Below are positions 21,428 to 32,713 of a stretch of 64,000 nucleotides of DNA, one piece after another (position 1 is the first letter of the stretch; the number at the start of each line of letters is the position of its first letter). The DNA comes from Planctomycetota bacterium (GTDB lineage: Bacteria; Planctomycetota; PLA2; JAEUHO01): the NCBI GenBank assembly GCA_050248855.1, contig JBFWRP010000008.1, positions 32,001 through 96,000 of the forward strand, read 5' to 3'. The translations under genes and the position numbers were made by a program. Under the pieces are notes generated by a model. The model ran no database searches. It was not told the DNA's origin and worked only from the letters and a program-made list of their open reading frames with translations.

Positions 21428-22402
21428 GTGACCGACACCCTGGCGCCCACGCTTCGCCGCCCGCCGACGTTCCTCGCGTGGACGCTGTACGTGCTGTCGG
21501 TGCCCGAGCGGGTGCTGCGCATGGTCGCGTCCACGCTCGGACACCTGCTGCGGCCGCTTCTGCTGGTGGTGCCCGCCCCGATCCGCCGCGGCCGCTTCTA
21601 CCGGCTGGCTGTCGAACGCCAGGTCCGCATGCTGACCGACGACGTCGGGCAAGCACGCCTCTTCCCGGGCCAGCCGGCATTGGACGCGGCGCTGGCCAAG
21701 CGGCTGGCCGTGGGCGGCGCGGTCGACAACGTGCTCATGGTGGCGCTCCATGCCTCGCCGCTCTGGATCCTGCTTGCGGCCAGTGACGTCAGCGAAGGCG
21801 CCGCCAAGTTCGTGGAGGACCTGGGCGCCGAGCTCGAGGCCAAGGGCTACGTCGCCGAAGGCTCGCGCCTCTCCGGCGTGGACCGGGTCCTCTCGGGGAT
21901 GAGCCGCCTCTCGGGCCGTCTGGCCGAGTCGCTCGACGCACCGCCGCTGGAGATGGCCGCCTTGCGCAAGAACCTGGCCGACGTCCGCTCGGAGCTCGAG
22001 GACGTGGGGGGGGCTGCGCTCGAGCAGCTTCCGGACTTGGACCGCTTCGCCAGGGAGGTTCGCGACCTCGCCCGCCACGACGAAGCGTCGTTGCTCGAGA
22101 CGGTGGGGACGCTGGCGGTGGGCACGTGGACCAAGGCCGGCCGCGTCGTCGGCGCTGGCGTGGCCGGCGTGGCGAGCGGGCTCTCCATCCTCGGCCGCCG
22201 CGCGTGGAACGACGTGGTGGGGGACTGGTTCGACTCGCTGGAGCGGCTGCGACGGCGCGGTGTCCGCGGGGCGCTGCGCACATTCCTGCGTCCGCAGGGG
22301 CGAAGTGCGCGCGTGCTCTTCGACCCCCGCTTCGTCACGCTGACGGAGCGTGCGCTTACCGCCGGTCGCTACGGGAGGGCGGCGTGGCGCCTGTCGTCAT
22401 GA
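21428..22402 (+). CDS. hypothetical protein
   Basis: Protein-like composition (YVLSVPERVLR, LHASPLWILL); fills the gap between the repeat and the next gene. Confidence 0.65.
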   Translation: MTDTLAPTLRRPPTFLAWTLYVLSVPERVLRMVASTLGHLLRPLLLVVPAPIRRGRFYRLAVERQVRMLTDDVGQARLFPGQPALDAALAKRLAVGGAVDNVLMVALHASPLWILLAASDVSEGAAKFVEDLGAELEAKGYVAEGSRLSGVDRVLSGMSRLSGRLAESLDAPPLEMAALRKNLADVRSELEDVGGAALEQLPDLDRFAREVRDLARHDEASLLETVGTLAVGTWTKAGRVVGAGVAGVASGLSILGRRAWNDVVGDWFDSLERLRRRGVRGALRTFLRPQGRSARVLFDPRFVTLTERALTAGRYGRAAWRLSS

Positions 22403-23306
22403 GGCGGCGGGCGAGCTTGCGGATCGTACGCGGCGACGTACCGCAGCAGCCGCCGACCAGACGCGCCCCGCACGCAGGCCAGCCCTGGGCCTGCGCGACG
22501 TAGGCACGGTCGCTCGTGCCGCCCTGCCATCCCCAGCCGCCGTCCCGTGCGGGGGATCCACGGCCATTGGCGTATGCGCCGAACGGATGCCCGGTTGCCG
22601 CGCCCAGCACGTCGAGCGCGCGCGTCGCGACGCCGACGGGACAGCAGTTGACGAGGATGGCCAGCGGATCCACGGCCGCGACTTCGCGGGCCGCGACGGC
22701 GAGGTCCTCGCCATCGAGCAGGCGCCCGTCGGCCCCGAGCACGAACGACACGACGGCGGGCAGCGCGCCCGCACGGGCGGCCTCCAGCGCGGTCACGGCT
22801 TCGCGCAACGTGGGCATCGTCTCGATCCAGCCAAGCGTCGCGCCCGCCGCCACGAGGCTCCCGACGTGTACGGCGTGCTCGACGCGAAGCGTCGTCGCAT
22901 CGGGCGTGCGGTCGGGGCGGTAGCAGTCCTCGAGCGGGGCGATGGAACCCGCGACGAACACGGGTGCCTGGGGGTCCGCGGCGGCGACGCCCTCGCGGGC
23001 CAGGCGGATCGCCAGGGCCGTGAGGGGTCGCGCCTCCTGGCCACGGCCCACTTTCGCGAGCGTGTGTCGCGCCGTGCGGAACGTGTTGGCCACGACCACG
23101 CGCGCACCCGCGCGCACGTAGCGACGGTGGAGGTCCCGCACCCGGTCCGGTCGCGAGTCCAGCGCCGCGGTGGACCACAGCGGCGCCGGCAGCGCAACGC
23201 CGCGCCGTTCCAGCTCGCTGCCGAACCCACCGGAGAGCAGCAGCGGCCCTTCGGCCAACGTCGCGAGGAATCCGGCGGCGACGGGCGAGGAGGTGTGGGA
23301 GGTCAT
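22356..23306 (-). CDS. homocysteine S-methyltransferase family protein
   Basis: GGFGSELERRG, AGARVVVANTF, VAGSIAPLEDCY, VNCC, VGGCCGT zinc-binding motif. Confidence 0.9.
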   Translation of the reverse strand: MTSHTSSPVAAGFLATLAEGPLLLSGGFGSELERRGVALPAPLWSTAALDSRPDRVRDLHRRYVRAGARVVVANTFRTARHTLAKVGRGQEARPLTALAIRLAREGVAAADPQAPVFVAGSIAPLEDCYRPDRTPDATTLRVEHAVHVGSLVAAGATLGWIETMPTLREAVTALEAARAGALPAVVSFVLGADGRLLDGEDLAVAAREVAAVDPLAILVNCCPVGVATRALDVLGAATGHPFGAYANGRGSPARDGGWGWQGGTSDRAYVAQAQGWPACGARLVGGCCGTSPRTIRKLARRLMTTGATPPSRSDRR

Positions 23307-23353
23307 CGCTTCACTCTGCGGAGGCGGGGAGATCCTCAGGACGGAGTCGTCCA

Positions 23354-23451
23354 GTACGGAGTCGGGTGAGATTCCACCTTCGGGCTGCCATGCGTGTCCG
23401 CATGGGGACGCTCACTGGGGCCCGAAGGTGGAATCTCACCCGACTCCGTAC
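23354..23451. repeat. REPIN-like element family A, copy 6
   Basis: Perfect 31-bp inverted arms, 36-bp core; preceded by a partial extra end GGACGGAGTCG at 23339. Confidence 0.94.
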
Positions 23452-23463
23452 CTGCCAATCGTC

Positions 23464-24414
23464 TCACCGCTTCAGGTCGGTCGGGAGCGGCCCGTTCTGC
23501 GCGACCCACTTCTCGATGGCGTTGCGGATCTCCTCGCGGCGGTGCTCGCCGCTCGGGTGCGTGCTCATGAACTCGGGGGGGCGTCCCTTGCCGGCCGTGC
23601 GGTCGAGCGTGTTCATCACGTCGATCAGCGCCTCCGGGTGGTAACCCGCCTTGATCATGTAGCCGACGCCCAGCGTGTCGCTCTCCAGCTCCTGGTCACG
23701 GCCCCACTTCATGTTGATGAGCTGGCCGACCATCATGGCCATCATGGCCTGTTGCTGCGAGCTGGCGTTGTCAGGGTCGTACGTGGCCACCAAGACCGCG
23801 CCCGTGACACCTTGCATGAGCTGCATCTTGCTCATGCGCTCGGCGCCGTGGCGGCCGATGACATGTCCGATCTCGTGACCCAGGACGCCGGCGATGCGCG
23901 GTTCGGGCTCGCCGTCCTCGGCGAGGGCGCGCATGAGGGCATCCGTGATGAACACCTGGCCACCAGGCAGGGCAAAGGCATTCACCACGTTCGCGTCGGC
24001 CAGGGCGTGGAACTGCCAGCGGTACGGGGTCTGGTCCAAGCCGTTCGCGCGCACGATGCGCTGGCCGATCAGCTCCACCACCTCGCGCACCCGCGGGTCC
24101 GGGTGGAGACCGCGGTGCTGCTGGATCATCTCCGGGGCGGCTTGGAGCCCCAGCTGGATCTCCTGCTCCTGCGTCATCGAGATCGACTGGCGGCGCCCCG
24201 TGTAGGGGTTCTCCTCGCAGTTCTTCAGGAACGTGACCAGCGGGATGGCCAAGACGACCAACGCCACGAGCATCCGGCCGCCGCCGGGGAAGCCGCCGCG
24301 CCCGCCGCCCCCGTCGCGGGCCGTGGCGCGGCGACGCTCGAGCTCGGGCGGGACGCGGTCACCGTAGGGGGCGCGCGACCCGTACGGGTCCGGGCGGCGG
24401 GAGAAGATGCCCAT
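23464..24414 (-). CDS. M48 family metallopeptidase
   Basis: VNAFALPGG, GHEIGHV (HExxH), QELESD, FMSTHP. Confidence 0.92.
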   Translation of the reverse strand: MGIFSRRPDPYGSRAPYGDRVPPELERRRATARDGGGGRGGFPGGGRMLVALVVLAIPLVTFLKNCEENPYTGRRQSISMTQEQEIQLGLQAAPEMIQQHRGLHPDPRVREVVELIGQRIVRANGLDQTPYRWQFHALADANVVNAFALPGGQVFITDALMRALAEDGEPEPRIAGVLGHEIGHVIGRHGAERMSKMQLMQGVTGAVLVATYDPDNASSQQQAMMAMMVGQLINMKWGRDQELESDTLGVGYMIKAGYHPEALIDVMNTLDRTAGKGRPPEFMSTHPSGEHRREEIRNAIEKWVAQNGPLPTDLKR

Positions 24415-24521
24415 GGTGTGGCCTCCGGGAGGGGCCGCCAGACTACCGGATGCCGGGCGTGGCTCACGACCCGTGGGCGTGCCCTTCCTCCGCATGTCCA
24501 CCCGGGCGGCGTGCGCCCCGG

Positions 24522-26495
24522 TCAAGGCTGGGCGTCCAGGGCCTCCAAGGCTTCCGTCGCGTGCGTCCACGCGTCGAGCAAGGTCGTCAAGCGTGCCCGG
24601 GCCTGCTCCAGGGCGCGCAGCGCGGCCTGCGCCTCGGCCGGGTTGCTCCCCGGGGCGTAGCACGCTTCGAGCGCGGCTTCGAGCCGAGCGACCTCGGCCT
24701 CGGCGTCGGCCACGTCCGCCTCCAAGCGCTCGGCGCGCGAGGTGCGTCGCGCGCGCTCCCGACGCGCCTCGCGCTCGGCCTCGAAGGCGGCCTTCGCGTC
24801 GGCCTTCGTGCGCGCCGCCGCGTGCGGGTCGGCGGCGCCCCGCGTCTCGAGCGCCCCGCGGCGAGTCGGCCCCGCGGCGCGCCGCTCGTTCCACCACGTG
24901 CCGAACGGCACGGGGTGGTCGAGCAGCGCCGTGTCGCGGATCTCCAGGATGCGCGTGGCCAGGCGGTCCAGCAGGTAGCGATCGTGGCTCACGAAGAGCA
25001 ACGTGCCCTCGAACTCGAGCAGGGCCTCTTCAAGCTGCTCGGCCGACGCCGTGTCCAGGTGGTTGGTGGGCTCGTCGAGGATCAGCAGGTTGACCTGGTC
25101 GGCCACGAGCCGGGCCAGCTGCACGCGGCTCTTCTCGCCGCCCGACAGGGTGCCGAGCGGCCGGTCCAGGTCCTCCCGCGTGAACTGGAAGCGATGCAGC
25201 AGGTCGGCCGTCTCGCGCGGCAGGAGGCCCGTCGCCTCGCGTGTCCAGTCGAGCAGGGGCGCGGTGGGATCGAGCAGGTCGTGCAGCTGGCGGTACTCGC
25301 CCAGCCGCACGCTCTTGCCGATGCGCACGACGGGGTTCTCCCACGCGCCGTCATCGAGGATGGCGCGCAAGAGGGTCGTCTTGCCCGAGCCGTTGGGCCC
25401 CACGAGGGCCACGCGCTCGCCCTGTTCGATCTCGACGCGCGCGTCGGCCACGAGCGTGCGCTCGCCGGCCTGCACGGTGAGCCCGTCCAAGCGGACGGCC
25501 AGGCGGCCGTGCCGCGGGGCCCCGGCCAGCTTGGCGCGGAACGCGCCCGCCTCCGGCGGGGGCCTGTCGACCTTCTCCATGTGCTCGATGCGCCGCTTGA
25601 GGTTCTTGGCGCGCTGGGCCTGCGCGGGGTCGTCGTAGGCGTTGGCCATGTCCATCAGGCGACGGGCCTGGAACTCGAGCCGCGCGATGAGGCGCTGCTG
25701 GGCCTTCCACTGACGCTCCTGGCGGGCGCGGGCCTCGGCCTTCTGCTGCTGCCAGTCGCCGTAGCCGCCGGTCCAGGACGTCACGCGCTGCTGGTCGATC
25801 TCCCAGATCTCGCGCACGCTGGCGTCGAGCAGGTGGCGGTCGTGGCTGACGAGGATCACCGCCGCACGCGTGGTGCGCAGGAAGCGCACGAACCAGTCGA
25901 TCGCGTCCATGTCGAGGTGGTTCGTGGGTTCGTCGAGCAACAGGATGTCGGGGTCCTGCAGCAGGACTTGCGCCAGCGCGATCACGTTGCGCTCGCCGCC
26001 GCTGAAGGCCTCCAAGGGCTGGTCGTGGACGCCCTCGTGGAGACCCAGCCACGTGAGCGTGGTCTCGATCCGCCGCTCCAGGTCGTAGACGCCGCGCTCG
26101 GCTTGGCGCTCCTGGAGGCGGCCGTAGCGGGCCAGCAGGCGTTCGCGCGTCTCGGGGTCGGGGTCCTCGGCCAGTGCGTGCTCGATGTCGAGAAGGCTCT
26201 CCTCGAGGCGTTCCGCGTCGGCGAGCGCGCTACGCATGTGGTCCATGACCGTCAGGCCCGGCGGCGCGCGCAGCTCCTGCGCCTGGTAGGCCACGCGCAC
26301 GTCGCGCGGGGTGCGCACGACGCCGCCCGTGGGGTCGAGCTGTCCGGCGAGCAGCTTCAACAGCGTCGACTTGCCGCTGCCGTTGCGACCTACGAGGCCG
26401 ATGCGGTCGCCGGGCTGGATCCTCACCGAAACGCCCTCGAACAGGAGCGGTCCCCCGTGGTGCATCGACAGGTCGTGGGTGGAGAGGAGGGTCAC
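24522..26495 (-). CDS. ABC-F family ATP-binding protein
   Basis: Two ABC domains (GRNGSGKS and [21 protein letters not shown] x2; VSHDR x2); no membrane segments. Confidence 0.93.
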   Translation of the reverse strand: MTLLSTHDLSMHHGGPLLFEGVSVRIQPGDRIGLVGRNGSGKSTLLKLLAGQLDPTGGVVRTPRDVRVAYQAQELRAPPGLTVMDHMRSALADAERLEESLLDIEHALAEDPDPETRERLLARYGRLQERQAERGVYDLERRIETTLTWLGLHEGVHDQPLEAFSGGERNVIALAQVLLQDPDILLLDEPTNHLDMDAIDWFVRFLRTTRAAVILVSHDRHLLDASVREIWEIDQQRVTSWTGGYGDWQQQKAEARARQERQWKAQQRLIARLEFQARRLMDMANAYDDPAQAQRAKNLKRRIEHMEKVDRPPPEAGAFRAKLAGAPRHGRLAVRLDGLTVQAGERTLVADARVEIEQGERVALVGPNGSGKTTLLRAILDDGAWENPVVRIGKSVRLGEYRQLHDLLDPTAPLLDWTREATGLLPRETADLLHRFQFTREDLDRPLGTLSGGEKSRVQLARLVADQVNLLILDEPTNHLDTASAEQLEEALLEFEGTLLFVSHDRYLLDRLATRILEIRDTALLDHPVPFGTWWNERRAAGPTRRGALETRGAADPHAAARTKADAKAAFEAEREARRERARRTSRAERLEADVADAEAEVARLEAALEACYAPGSNPAEAQAALRALEQARARLTTLLDAWTHATEALEALDAQP

Positions 26496-26539
26496 GGGGT
26501 CACGGTGTACGGGAAGAGGGGGAGGCGGGGGAGAACCCG

Positions 26540-26637
26540 GTACGGAGTCGGGTGAGATTCCACCTTCGGGCCGCAATGCACTCCCGGGTGCGGGAACGCC
26601 AGGCCGCCCGAGGGTGGAATCCCACCCGACTCCCGCC
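26540..26637. repeat. REPIN-like element family A, copy 7
   Basis: Full left arm, 36-bp core, right arm CCCGAGGGTGGAATCCCACCCGACTCC with a degenerate terminus. Confidence 0.9.
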
Positions 26638-26640
26638 CCG

Positions 26641-28038
26641 CTAGCACTCCGGCAGGCTGACGGCGAGGCCGCCTTCGCCCGTTTCCTTGTATTCGCGGCG
26701 CATGTCCTCGCCGGTGCGGCGCATCACGCGGATGACGCGGTCGAGGCTGATCAGGTGCTTGCCGTCGGAGTGCAGCGCCAGCTGGGCCGCGCTCCAGGCC
26801 TTGGCCACGCCCATGGCGTTGCGCTCGATGCACGGCGCCTGCACGAGACCCTTCAGCGGGTCGCACGTGAGGCCCAGGTTGTGTTCGATGGCGATCTCGG
26901 CGGCGTAAGCCACCTGGTCCAGGCTTCCGCCCAGGAGCTCGCACAGCGATGCCGCAGCCATGGCCGTGGCGCTCCCCACCTCGCCCTGGCAGCCGACCTC
27001 GGCCCCGGACAGGCTCGCGTGGGCCTTGATCAACATGGCGATCGACGCGGCGGTGGCCAATGCGTCCACGACACGCTCTTCGTCAAGCGCCAAGCGCTCC
27101 GTGGCCTCGCGCAGCACGGCGGGCAGGACGCCCGCGGCGCCGTTCGTCGGCGCCGTGACGACGCGACCTCCGTCGGCGTTCTCCTCCGAGATCGCGAACG
27201 CATAGCTCTGCGCGCGTGCGATGTGCCGGTAGCCCAGCTCCACGTGGCCGCCCTCGACACGCTCGGCGAGGTCGCGCGCGCGGCGGCGCATGCCGAGCCC
27301 GCCGGGCAGCTCGCCGCGCGCCGCGAGCCCCCGCTCGATGCACGCGCCCATGGCCTTCCACACGCGACGCAGGCCGTTGCGGGCCGCGCGGGGATCGCCT
27401 TCCCACGCCGCCTCGTTGGCCAGCACGACGGCCCCCATGGTGCCGCCCAGCGAACGGGCGGCGTGCGCCAGGCTGGCGGCATCCGCGAACGGAAGCACGG
27501 GGTCGGGCAGCTCGGCGTCGCGGTCGCCGCCCGGGCCGTCGATCTCGTCGATGAAGCCGCCGCCGAGCGAGACCCACGTCGTGTCGGCGATCACCTGCCG
27601 CGAGCCCGTGCGCGCCATGAGGCGCATCGTGTTGGGATGCGGCAAGCGCTCCCCGCGGTACGCGCGGTAGGGCAGCAAGCGCACGTCCCCCGGCTCGAGG
27701 CGCAGCGTGCCGCCCGCGGGCCACGGCGTCTCGGGGTCGGCGGCGAGCGTCTCGGGCAGCGTGCGCAGGGCGTCGGGGTCGCACGTCTCCGGGTCCCAGC
27801 CGAGCAGGCCGCCGAGCACGGCGCGATCCGTGCCGTGCCCCTTGCCCGTGGCCGACAGCGAGCCCTTCAGGTCCACGCGGAAGCGACGCACACGCGCGCC
27901 GCTCTCGATCAACCGCTGGCGGAACGCGGCGGCCGCGCGCATCGGACCCACGGTGTGGCTGCTGCTGGGGCCGGGCCCGATGCGGTAGACGTGCAGCAGC
28001 CGCGTGCGGATGGGGGTGTGGACGATGGGGCGTGTCAC
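26641..28038 (-). CDS. sdaA: L-serine ammonia-lyase (Fe-S, single chain)
   Basis: [72 protein letters not shown]. Confidence 0.96.
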   Translation of the reverse strand: MTRPIVHTPIRTRLLHVYRIGPGPSSSHTVGPMRAAAAFRQRLIESGARVRRFRVDLKGSLSATGKGHGTDRAVLGGLLGWDPETCDPDALRTLPETLAADPETPWPAGGTLRLEPGDVRLLPYRAYRGERLPHPNTMRLMARTGSRQVIADTTWVSLGGGFIDEIDGPGGDRDAELPDPVLPFADAASLAHAARSLGGTMGAVVLANEAAWEGDPRAARNGLRRVWKAMGACIERGLAARGELPGGLGMRRRARDLAERVEGGHVELGYRHIARAQSYAFAISEENADGGRVVTAPTNGAAGVLPAVLREATERLALDEERVVDALATAASIAMLIKAHASLSGAEVGCQGEVGSATAMAAASLCELLGGSLDQVAYAAEIAIEHNLGLTCDPLKGLVQAPCIERNAMGVAKAWSAAQLALHSDGKHLISLDRVIRVMRRTGEDMRREYKETGEGGLAVSLPEC

Positions 28039-29351
28039 GGCGGGGATCCGGGGAGGAGCCGCGCATTCTCGCCGAGGCGCCTCGCCAAGCCGCGTCCGGC
28101 AACGGTGCCCGAGGCCCAGGCCCACTGGAAGTTGAAGCCGCCGAGCCGCCCGTCCACGTCGAGGATCTCGCCGACCAGCCAGAGGCCTGGCGTGATGCGC
28201 GAGGCCATCGTGGAGACGTCGACCTCGGAGAGCGGCACGCCGCCCGCCGTGGCCTCGGCGTAGGTCCAGCCGCGGTCGCCGGTGACCGGCAACGGCTCGG
28301 CCGTGACGAGCTTGACCAGCGCCTTGCGGTCGTCTCGCTTCAGGTGGTCGACGCGCGTGGCGGGGTCGACGCCCGCGGCGGCCAGCAGGCGGGCCGCCAG
28401 ACGCGTGGGCAAGGTGCTCTCGAGCCGTCGCATCAACGTGTCGCGGCCCGCGGCGAGCAGCTCGGCATCGAAGCCGCCCGCCGGGAGGTCCGGGCGCCAG
28501 TCGGCCTCCAGGTGGGCGGTCTGCCCCAGCGCCTTGGCCATGAGCACGTGGCGGCTGATGTCGAGCACGGCGGGGCCGGACAGGCCGAAGTGGGTGTGCA
28601 AGACGGGTCCGGTCGCCGTGGCGACGACGGCGCCCGTGGCCCCGCGCAGCGTGAGGCGCGCGGGTGCGGCGACGCCGGCCAACGCGAGCGCGGGGTGCCC
28701 CGCTGGCAGCAGCAGCGGCGAAAGGGCGGGCACGAGCGGTTCGGCGATCGTGTGGCCGAGCGCGCGGGCCAAGGCGTAGCCGCCGCCGTCCGAGCCGCTC
28801 TTGGGCAGGCTCTTGCCGCCCGTCGCCAGCACCACGTGCCGGGCCCGGAGCGGGCCCGCTCCCGTCGTCAGCAGGAAGCCGCCGTCGGTGCGCTCGATGG
28901 CGGTCACGCGCGCCGGATGGAGCAGGCGCACGCCCGCCTCGCGCGCGGCGCCGAGCAGCGCGTCGAGCACGCTGCGAGCGCGATCCGTCGTGGGGAAGAG
29001 CTTGCCGGTGTCCTCCTCCTTGAGCAGGACGCCCCGCTCGCGGAAGAAGGCGATCGTGTCGGCCACGCCGAAGGCCTTGAGCACCTTGCCGATCGCGTTG
29101 GCGCGACTGCCGCAGAAGTCGTCCTTGCCGACCTCCCGGTGGGTCACGTTGCAGCGCCCTCCGCCGGCCACGAGGATCTTGGCGCCGAGCGTCCGTGCGC
29201 CGTCCAGCGCCACGACACGAGCGCCGGGGGCGCCGCGCGCCGCCTGGATCGCCGCCATGAGACCCGCGGCCCCGGCGCCGACCACGGCCACGTCCACGCC
29301 GACCCCCTCCGGGTGGGCGGCGGTCCCGCGGCTATCGGGATCGGACGTCAT
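28035..29351 (-). CDS. HI0933/BaiN family NAD(P)/FAD-dependent oxidoreductase
   Basis: GAGAAGL, KILVAGGGRCNVT, GKLFP, LATGGKSLP, THFGLSGP, GGFNFQWAWASG. Confidence 0.92.
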   Translation of the reverse strand: MTSDPDSRGTAAHPEGVGVDVAVVGAGAAGLMAAIQAARGAPGARVVALDGARTLGAKILVAGGGRCNVTHREVGKDDFCGSRANAIGKVLKAFGVADTIAFFRERGVLLKEEDTGKLFPTTDRARSVLDALLGAAREAGVRLLHPARVTAIERTDGGFLLTTGAGPLRARHVVLATGGKSLPKSGSDGGGYALARALGHTIAEPLVPALSPLLLPAGHPALALAGVAAPARLTLRGATGAVVATATGPVLHTHFGLSGPAVLDISRHVLMAKALGQTAHLEADWRPDLPAGGFDAELLAAGRDTLMRRLESTLPTRLAARLLAAAGVDPATRVDHLKRDDRKALVKLVTAEPLPVTGDRGWTYAEATAGGVPLSEVDVSTMASRITPGLWLVGEILDVDGRLGGFNFQWAWASGTVAGRGLARRLGENARLLPGSPP

Positions 29352-29369
29352 TCGCCTACTCTACGCCCC

Positions 29370-30269
29370 ATGTTCGAAGCCCCCGCGCATCCCGACCTGA
29401 TCCCGTTCGACGGCAGCTTCCAGCTGGCCACCCGCTCCACGACACCCGGCGCGGACCGGCCGCGGGGCAAGGAGGCGAAGAAGCTGCTGAAGAAGATGAA
29501 GCCCGAGCTCGACGAGCTCCAGCGCATCCTCTACGCGCACGACAGCCACGCCGTGCTGCTGGTGTTCCAGGCCCTGGACGCGGCCGGCAAGGACGGCACC
29601 ATCCGCGCCGTCCTCCGGGGTCTGGACCCGACGGGCTTCCAGGTGTTCAGCTTCAAGCAGCCGAGCAAGGAGGAAGTCGACCACGACTTCCTCTGGCGCA
29701 CGGCGCGCAGCCTGCCCGAGCGAGGTCGCATCGGTGTGTTCAACCGCAGCTACTACGAGGAGGTCCTCGTGGTCCGCGTGCACCCGGAGTGGCTCGACGC
29801 CCAGCGCCTGCCCGATCCCGCGCCCGAGCCGATGTTCTGGGAGGAGCGCTACGACTCGATCCGGGACCACGAGCTGCACCTGGCCCGCAACGGCACGGTG
29901 ATCCTCAAGTTCTGGCTCAACGTGAGCCGCGAAGAGCAGTGCCGCCGCTTCCTGGAACGCCTGGACGAGCCCGAGAAGAACTGGAAGTTCGCGATCGGCG
30001 ACGTCGAGGAGCGGCCGTGGTACGAGGCCTACCGCGCGGCCTACGAGGAAGCGCTGCGGGCCACGTCCAGGCCGTGGGCCCCGTGGTATGCGATCCCCGC
30101 CGACGACAAGCCCGCGATGCGCCTGGCCGTCGCGACGGCCCTGCGCGACGCCCTGCGCTCGCTCGACTTGCGCTGGCCCGAGGTCAAGCCCGAGCACGCG
30201 GAGAAGTTCGCGGCCCTGCGCGCCCAGCTCGAGGCCGAGCGGTCCGCCTTCCCGAAGGGAAGCCGATGA
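29370..30269 (+). CDS. ppk2: polyphosphate kinase 2 family protein
   Basis: QALDAAGKDGTI, FKQPS, HDFLWR, FNRSYYEEVL, PWYAIPADDK. Confidence 0.93.
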   Translation: MFEAPAHPDLIPFDGSFQLATRSTTPGADRPRGKEAKKLLKKMKPELDELQRILYAHDSHAVLLVFQALDAAGKDGTIRAVLRGLDPTGFQVFSFKQPSKEEVDHDFLWRTARSLPERGRIGVFNRSYYEEVLVVRVHPEWLDAQRLPDPAPEPMFWEERYDSIRDHELHLARNGTVILKFWLNVSREEQCRRFLERLDEPEKNWKFAIGDVEERPWYEAYRAAYEEALRATSRPWAPWYAIPADDKPAMRLAVATALRDALRSLDLRWPEVKPEHAEKFAALRAQLEAERSAFPKGSR

Positions 30270-32713
30270 GCCTGCCGGCCTACGAGAAGATGGGGGTCTT
30301 CTACCTGGGCCGCCGCGTCAAGGACGCCGCCGGCACGCCGACGGACGAGACGATCCTCTACGACGCCAAGGACCTCACCACGCACGCGATGTGCGTGGGC
30401 ATGACGGGTTCGGGCAAGACGGGCCTCTGCATCGGCCTGCTGGAAGAGGCGGCGATGGACGGCGTGCCCGCCATCGCGATCGACCCCAAGGGCGACCTCG
30501 GCAACCTCCTGCTCACGTTCCCGGACCTGGAACCCGATGACTTCGCCCCCTGGGTCGAGGAGGCGCAAGCCGCCCGCAAGGGCATGACCGTGGCGCAGTA
30601 CGCCACGTCGGTCGCCACGACGTGGCGCGAGGGCCTGGCGTCGTGGGGCCAGGACGGCGATCGCATCCGGCGCCTGCGGGAGGCAGCCGACTTCGCGATC
30701 TACACGCCCGGCTCCAGCGCCGGACGGCCGCTGACGATCCTGCGCTCCTTCGCCGCACCGCCTCCGGCGGTGCGCGACGACGCCGACGCGCTGCGCGACC
30801 GCGTCGGCGCGTCGGTCGCTGGCCTCCTGGGCCTCGTCGGCGTGGACGCCGATCCGCTGCGCAGCCGCGAGCACATCCTGCTCGCCAACCTCGTCGAACG
30901 CGCGTGGCGCGACGGCGAGGACCTCGACCTCGGCCAGCTGATCCTCAAGATCCAGGATCCCGGCTTCACGCGCGTGGGCGTGATGGACCTCGAGTCGTTC
31001 TTCCCGGCGAAGGACCGCTTCGGCCTCGCCATGACGCTCAACAACCTGCTGGCGTCGCCGGGCTTCGCCTCGTGGGTCGAAGGCGAGCCGCTGGACGTCC
31101 AGCGCCTGCTCTACACGCCGGAGGGCAAGCCGCGCGTCGCGATCGTCAGCATCGCGCATCTCTCCGACGCCGAGCGCATGTTCTTCGTGACGCTGCTGCT
31201 CAACGAAGTCGTGTCGTGGATGCGCAGCCAGTCGGGCAGCACCAGCCTGCGTGCGCTGCTCTACATGGACGAGATCTTCGGCTACCTGCCGCCGAGCGCC
31301 AACCCGCCCAGCAAGACGCCCATGCTGACGCTCCTGAAGCAAGCGCGGGCCTTCGGCCTGGGCGTGGTGCTGGCCACGCAGAACCCCGTCGACCTCGACT
31401 ACAAGGCCCTCTCGAACATGGGCACGTGGTTCCTCGGGCGGCTCCAGACCGAGCGCGACAAGCTGCGCATCCTCGACGGGCTCGAGGGCGCCACGGCCAG
31501 CGCCGACCGCCCCTTCGACCGGGCCAAGCTCGAGGCGACCCTCTCGGGCCTCGCGGGCCGCGTGTTCCTCATGAACAACGTGCACGATGCCGAGCCCGTG
31601 CTGTTCCAGACGCGCTGGGTCATGTCGTACTTGAAGGGCCCGCTCACGCGCGCCGAGATCAAGCGCCTCGGGGCGGGCGCGCCGGGCCCCGCCGCGGCCG
31701 CCGCCACCGCGCCGGAACCGCTGCCCAAGGCCGATCGCCAGGAGGCCGCGCGCCCGGTCCTGCCGCCAGACGTTCCCGAGCGCTTCGTCCGCGCCGCGGA
31801 CGTGGGCGTGGGCGACAGCGCCTTCGTCTACCGCCCGGTGCTGCTCGGACGCGCGCGCCTGCACTTCGTGGACGCGCGGCGCGACATCGACGTCTGGCAG
31901 GATCGCGTCCACGTGGTCAAGCTGGGGGGCACGCGCGTTCCCGCCGACCCCTGGGAGGGCAGCGAGGTCGTCGCCGACCTGCCCGCGTTCACCCCGCAGC
32001 CGCCGGCGGGCGCCACCTTTGCCCGTCTGCCGAGCGCAGCGAGCGACGCCGCGTCGTACCGGGGTTGGGCACGTGACCTGAAGGAGCACGCCTACCGCGA
32101 CGCCACGCTCGCGCGCTGGCGCTGCGAGAGCCTCGAGGCCTGGTCCGACGCCGGCGAGTCCGAAGGTGACTTCCGGACGCGGCTGCGCCACCTGTTGCGC
32201 GAGCAGCGCGACCTCGAGGTCGAGAAGCTCAAGCAGTCCTACGGCACGAAGGTCGAACGCCTGGAGGAGCGCCTGCGCAAGGCCGAGCAGCGCCTGGCGA
32301 AGGAGGAAGCCCAGTACGAGGACAGCAAGCGCGGATCGTGGCTGAAGGTGGGCGAGACGATCCTGGGTGCCGTGCTCGGACGCAGGCGCATTGGCGTCGG
32401 CACGATCGGCAAGGCCCAGACGGCGGCACGCGGAATGGGGCGCTCGCGCAAGGAGAAGCTCGACGTCGAGCAGGCCGAGGAGGATGTCGGCAACGTCAAG
32501 GAGGAGATGGAGGCGCTGGAGCAGGCCTTCGAGAGCGACCTCGAGGAGATCCGCGCGCGCCTGGACGAGGACAAGCTGGAAATCTCCGACGCGGCGATGA
32601 AGCCGCGCAAGAGCGACATCGAGGTCGAGGACGTGGTCCTGGCGTGGACGCCGTGGCGGGTACGCGAGGACGGCACGGCCGAAGCGGCCTACACGGTGCG
32701 CCCGCTCGCATGA
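30266..32713 (+). CDS. HerA/DUF87-like P-loop ATPase with C-terminal coiled coil
   Basis: Walker A GMTGSGKT, IDPKGD, Walker B LYMDE, LATQNPVDLD. Confidence 0.85.
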   Translation: MSLPAYEKMGVFYLGRRVKDAAGTPTDETILYDAKDLTTHAMCVGMTGSGKTGLCIGLLEEAAMDGVPAIAIDPKGDLGNLLLTFPDLEPDDFAPWVEEAQAARKGMTVAQYATSVATTWREGLASWGQDGDRIRRLREAADFAIYTPGSSAGRPLTILRSFAAPPPAVRDDADALRDRVGASVAGLLGLVGVDADPLRSREHILLANLVERAWRDGEDLDLGQLILKIQDPGFTRVGVMDLESFFPAKDRFGLAMTLNNLLASPGFASWVEGEPLDVQRLLYTPEGKPRVAIVSIAHLSDAERMFFVTLLLNEVVSWMRSQSGSTSLRALLYMDEIFGYLPPSANPPSKTPMLTLLKQARAFGLGVVLATQNPVDLDYKALSNMGTWFLGRLQTERDKLRILDGLEGATASADRPFDRAKLEATLSGLAGRVFLMNNVHDAEPVLFQTRWVMSYLKGPLTRAEIKRLGAGAPGPAAAAATAPEPLPKADRQEAARPVLPPDVPERFVRAADVGVGDSAFVYRPVLLGRARLHFVDARRDIDVWQDRVHVVKLGGTRVPADPWEGSEVVADLPAFTPQPPAGATFARLPSAASDAASYRGWARDLKEHAYRDATLARWRCESLEAWSDAGESEGDFRTRLRHLLREQRDLEVEKLKQSYGTKVERLEERLRKAEQRLAKEEAQYEDSKRGSWLKVGETILGAVLGRRRIGVGTIGKAQTAARGMGRSRKEKLDVEQAEEDVGNVKEEMEALEQAFESDLEEIRARLDEDKLEISDAAMKPRKSDIEVEDVVLAWTPWRVREDGTAEAAYTVRPLA

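Noticed and set aside
30266..32713. HerA-based anti-phage system (NurA-HerA, Sir2-HerA, DUF4297-HerA)
   Set aside because: No nuclease or sirtuin partner is adjacent; the gene lies in a host-like metabolic operon.
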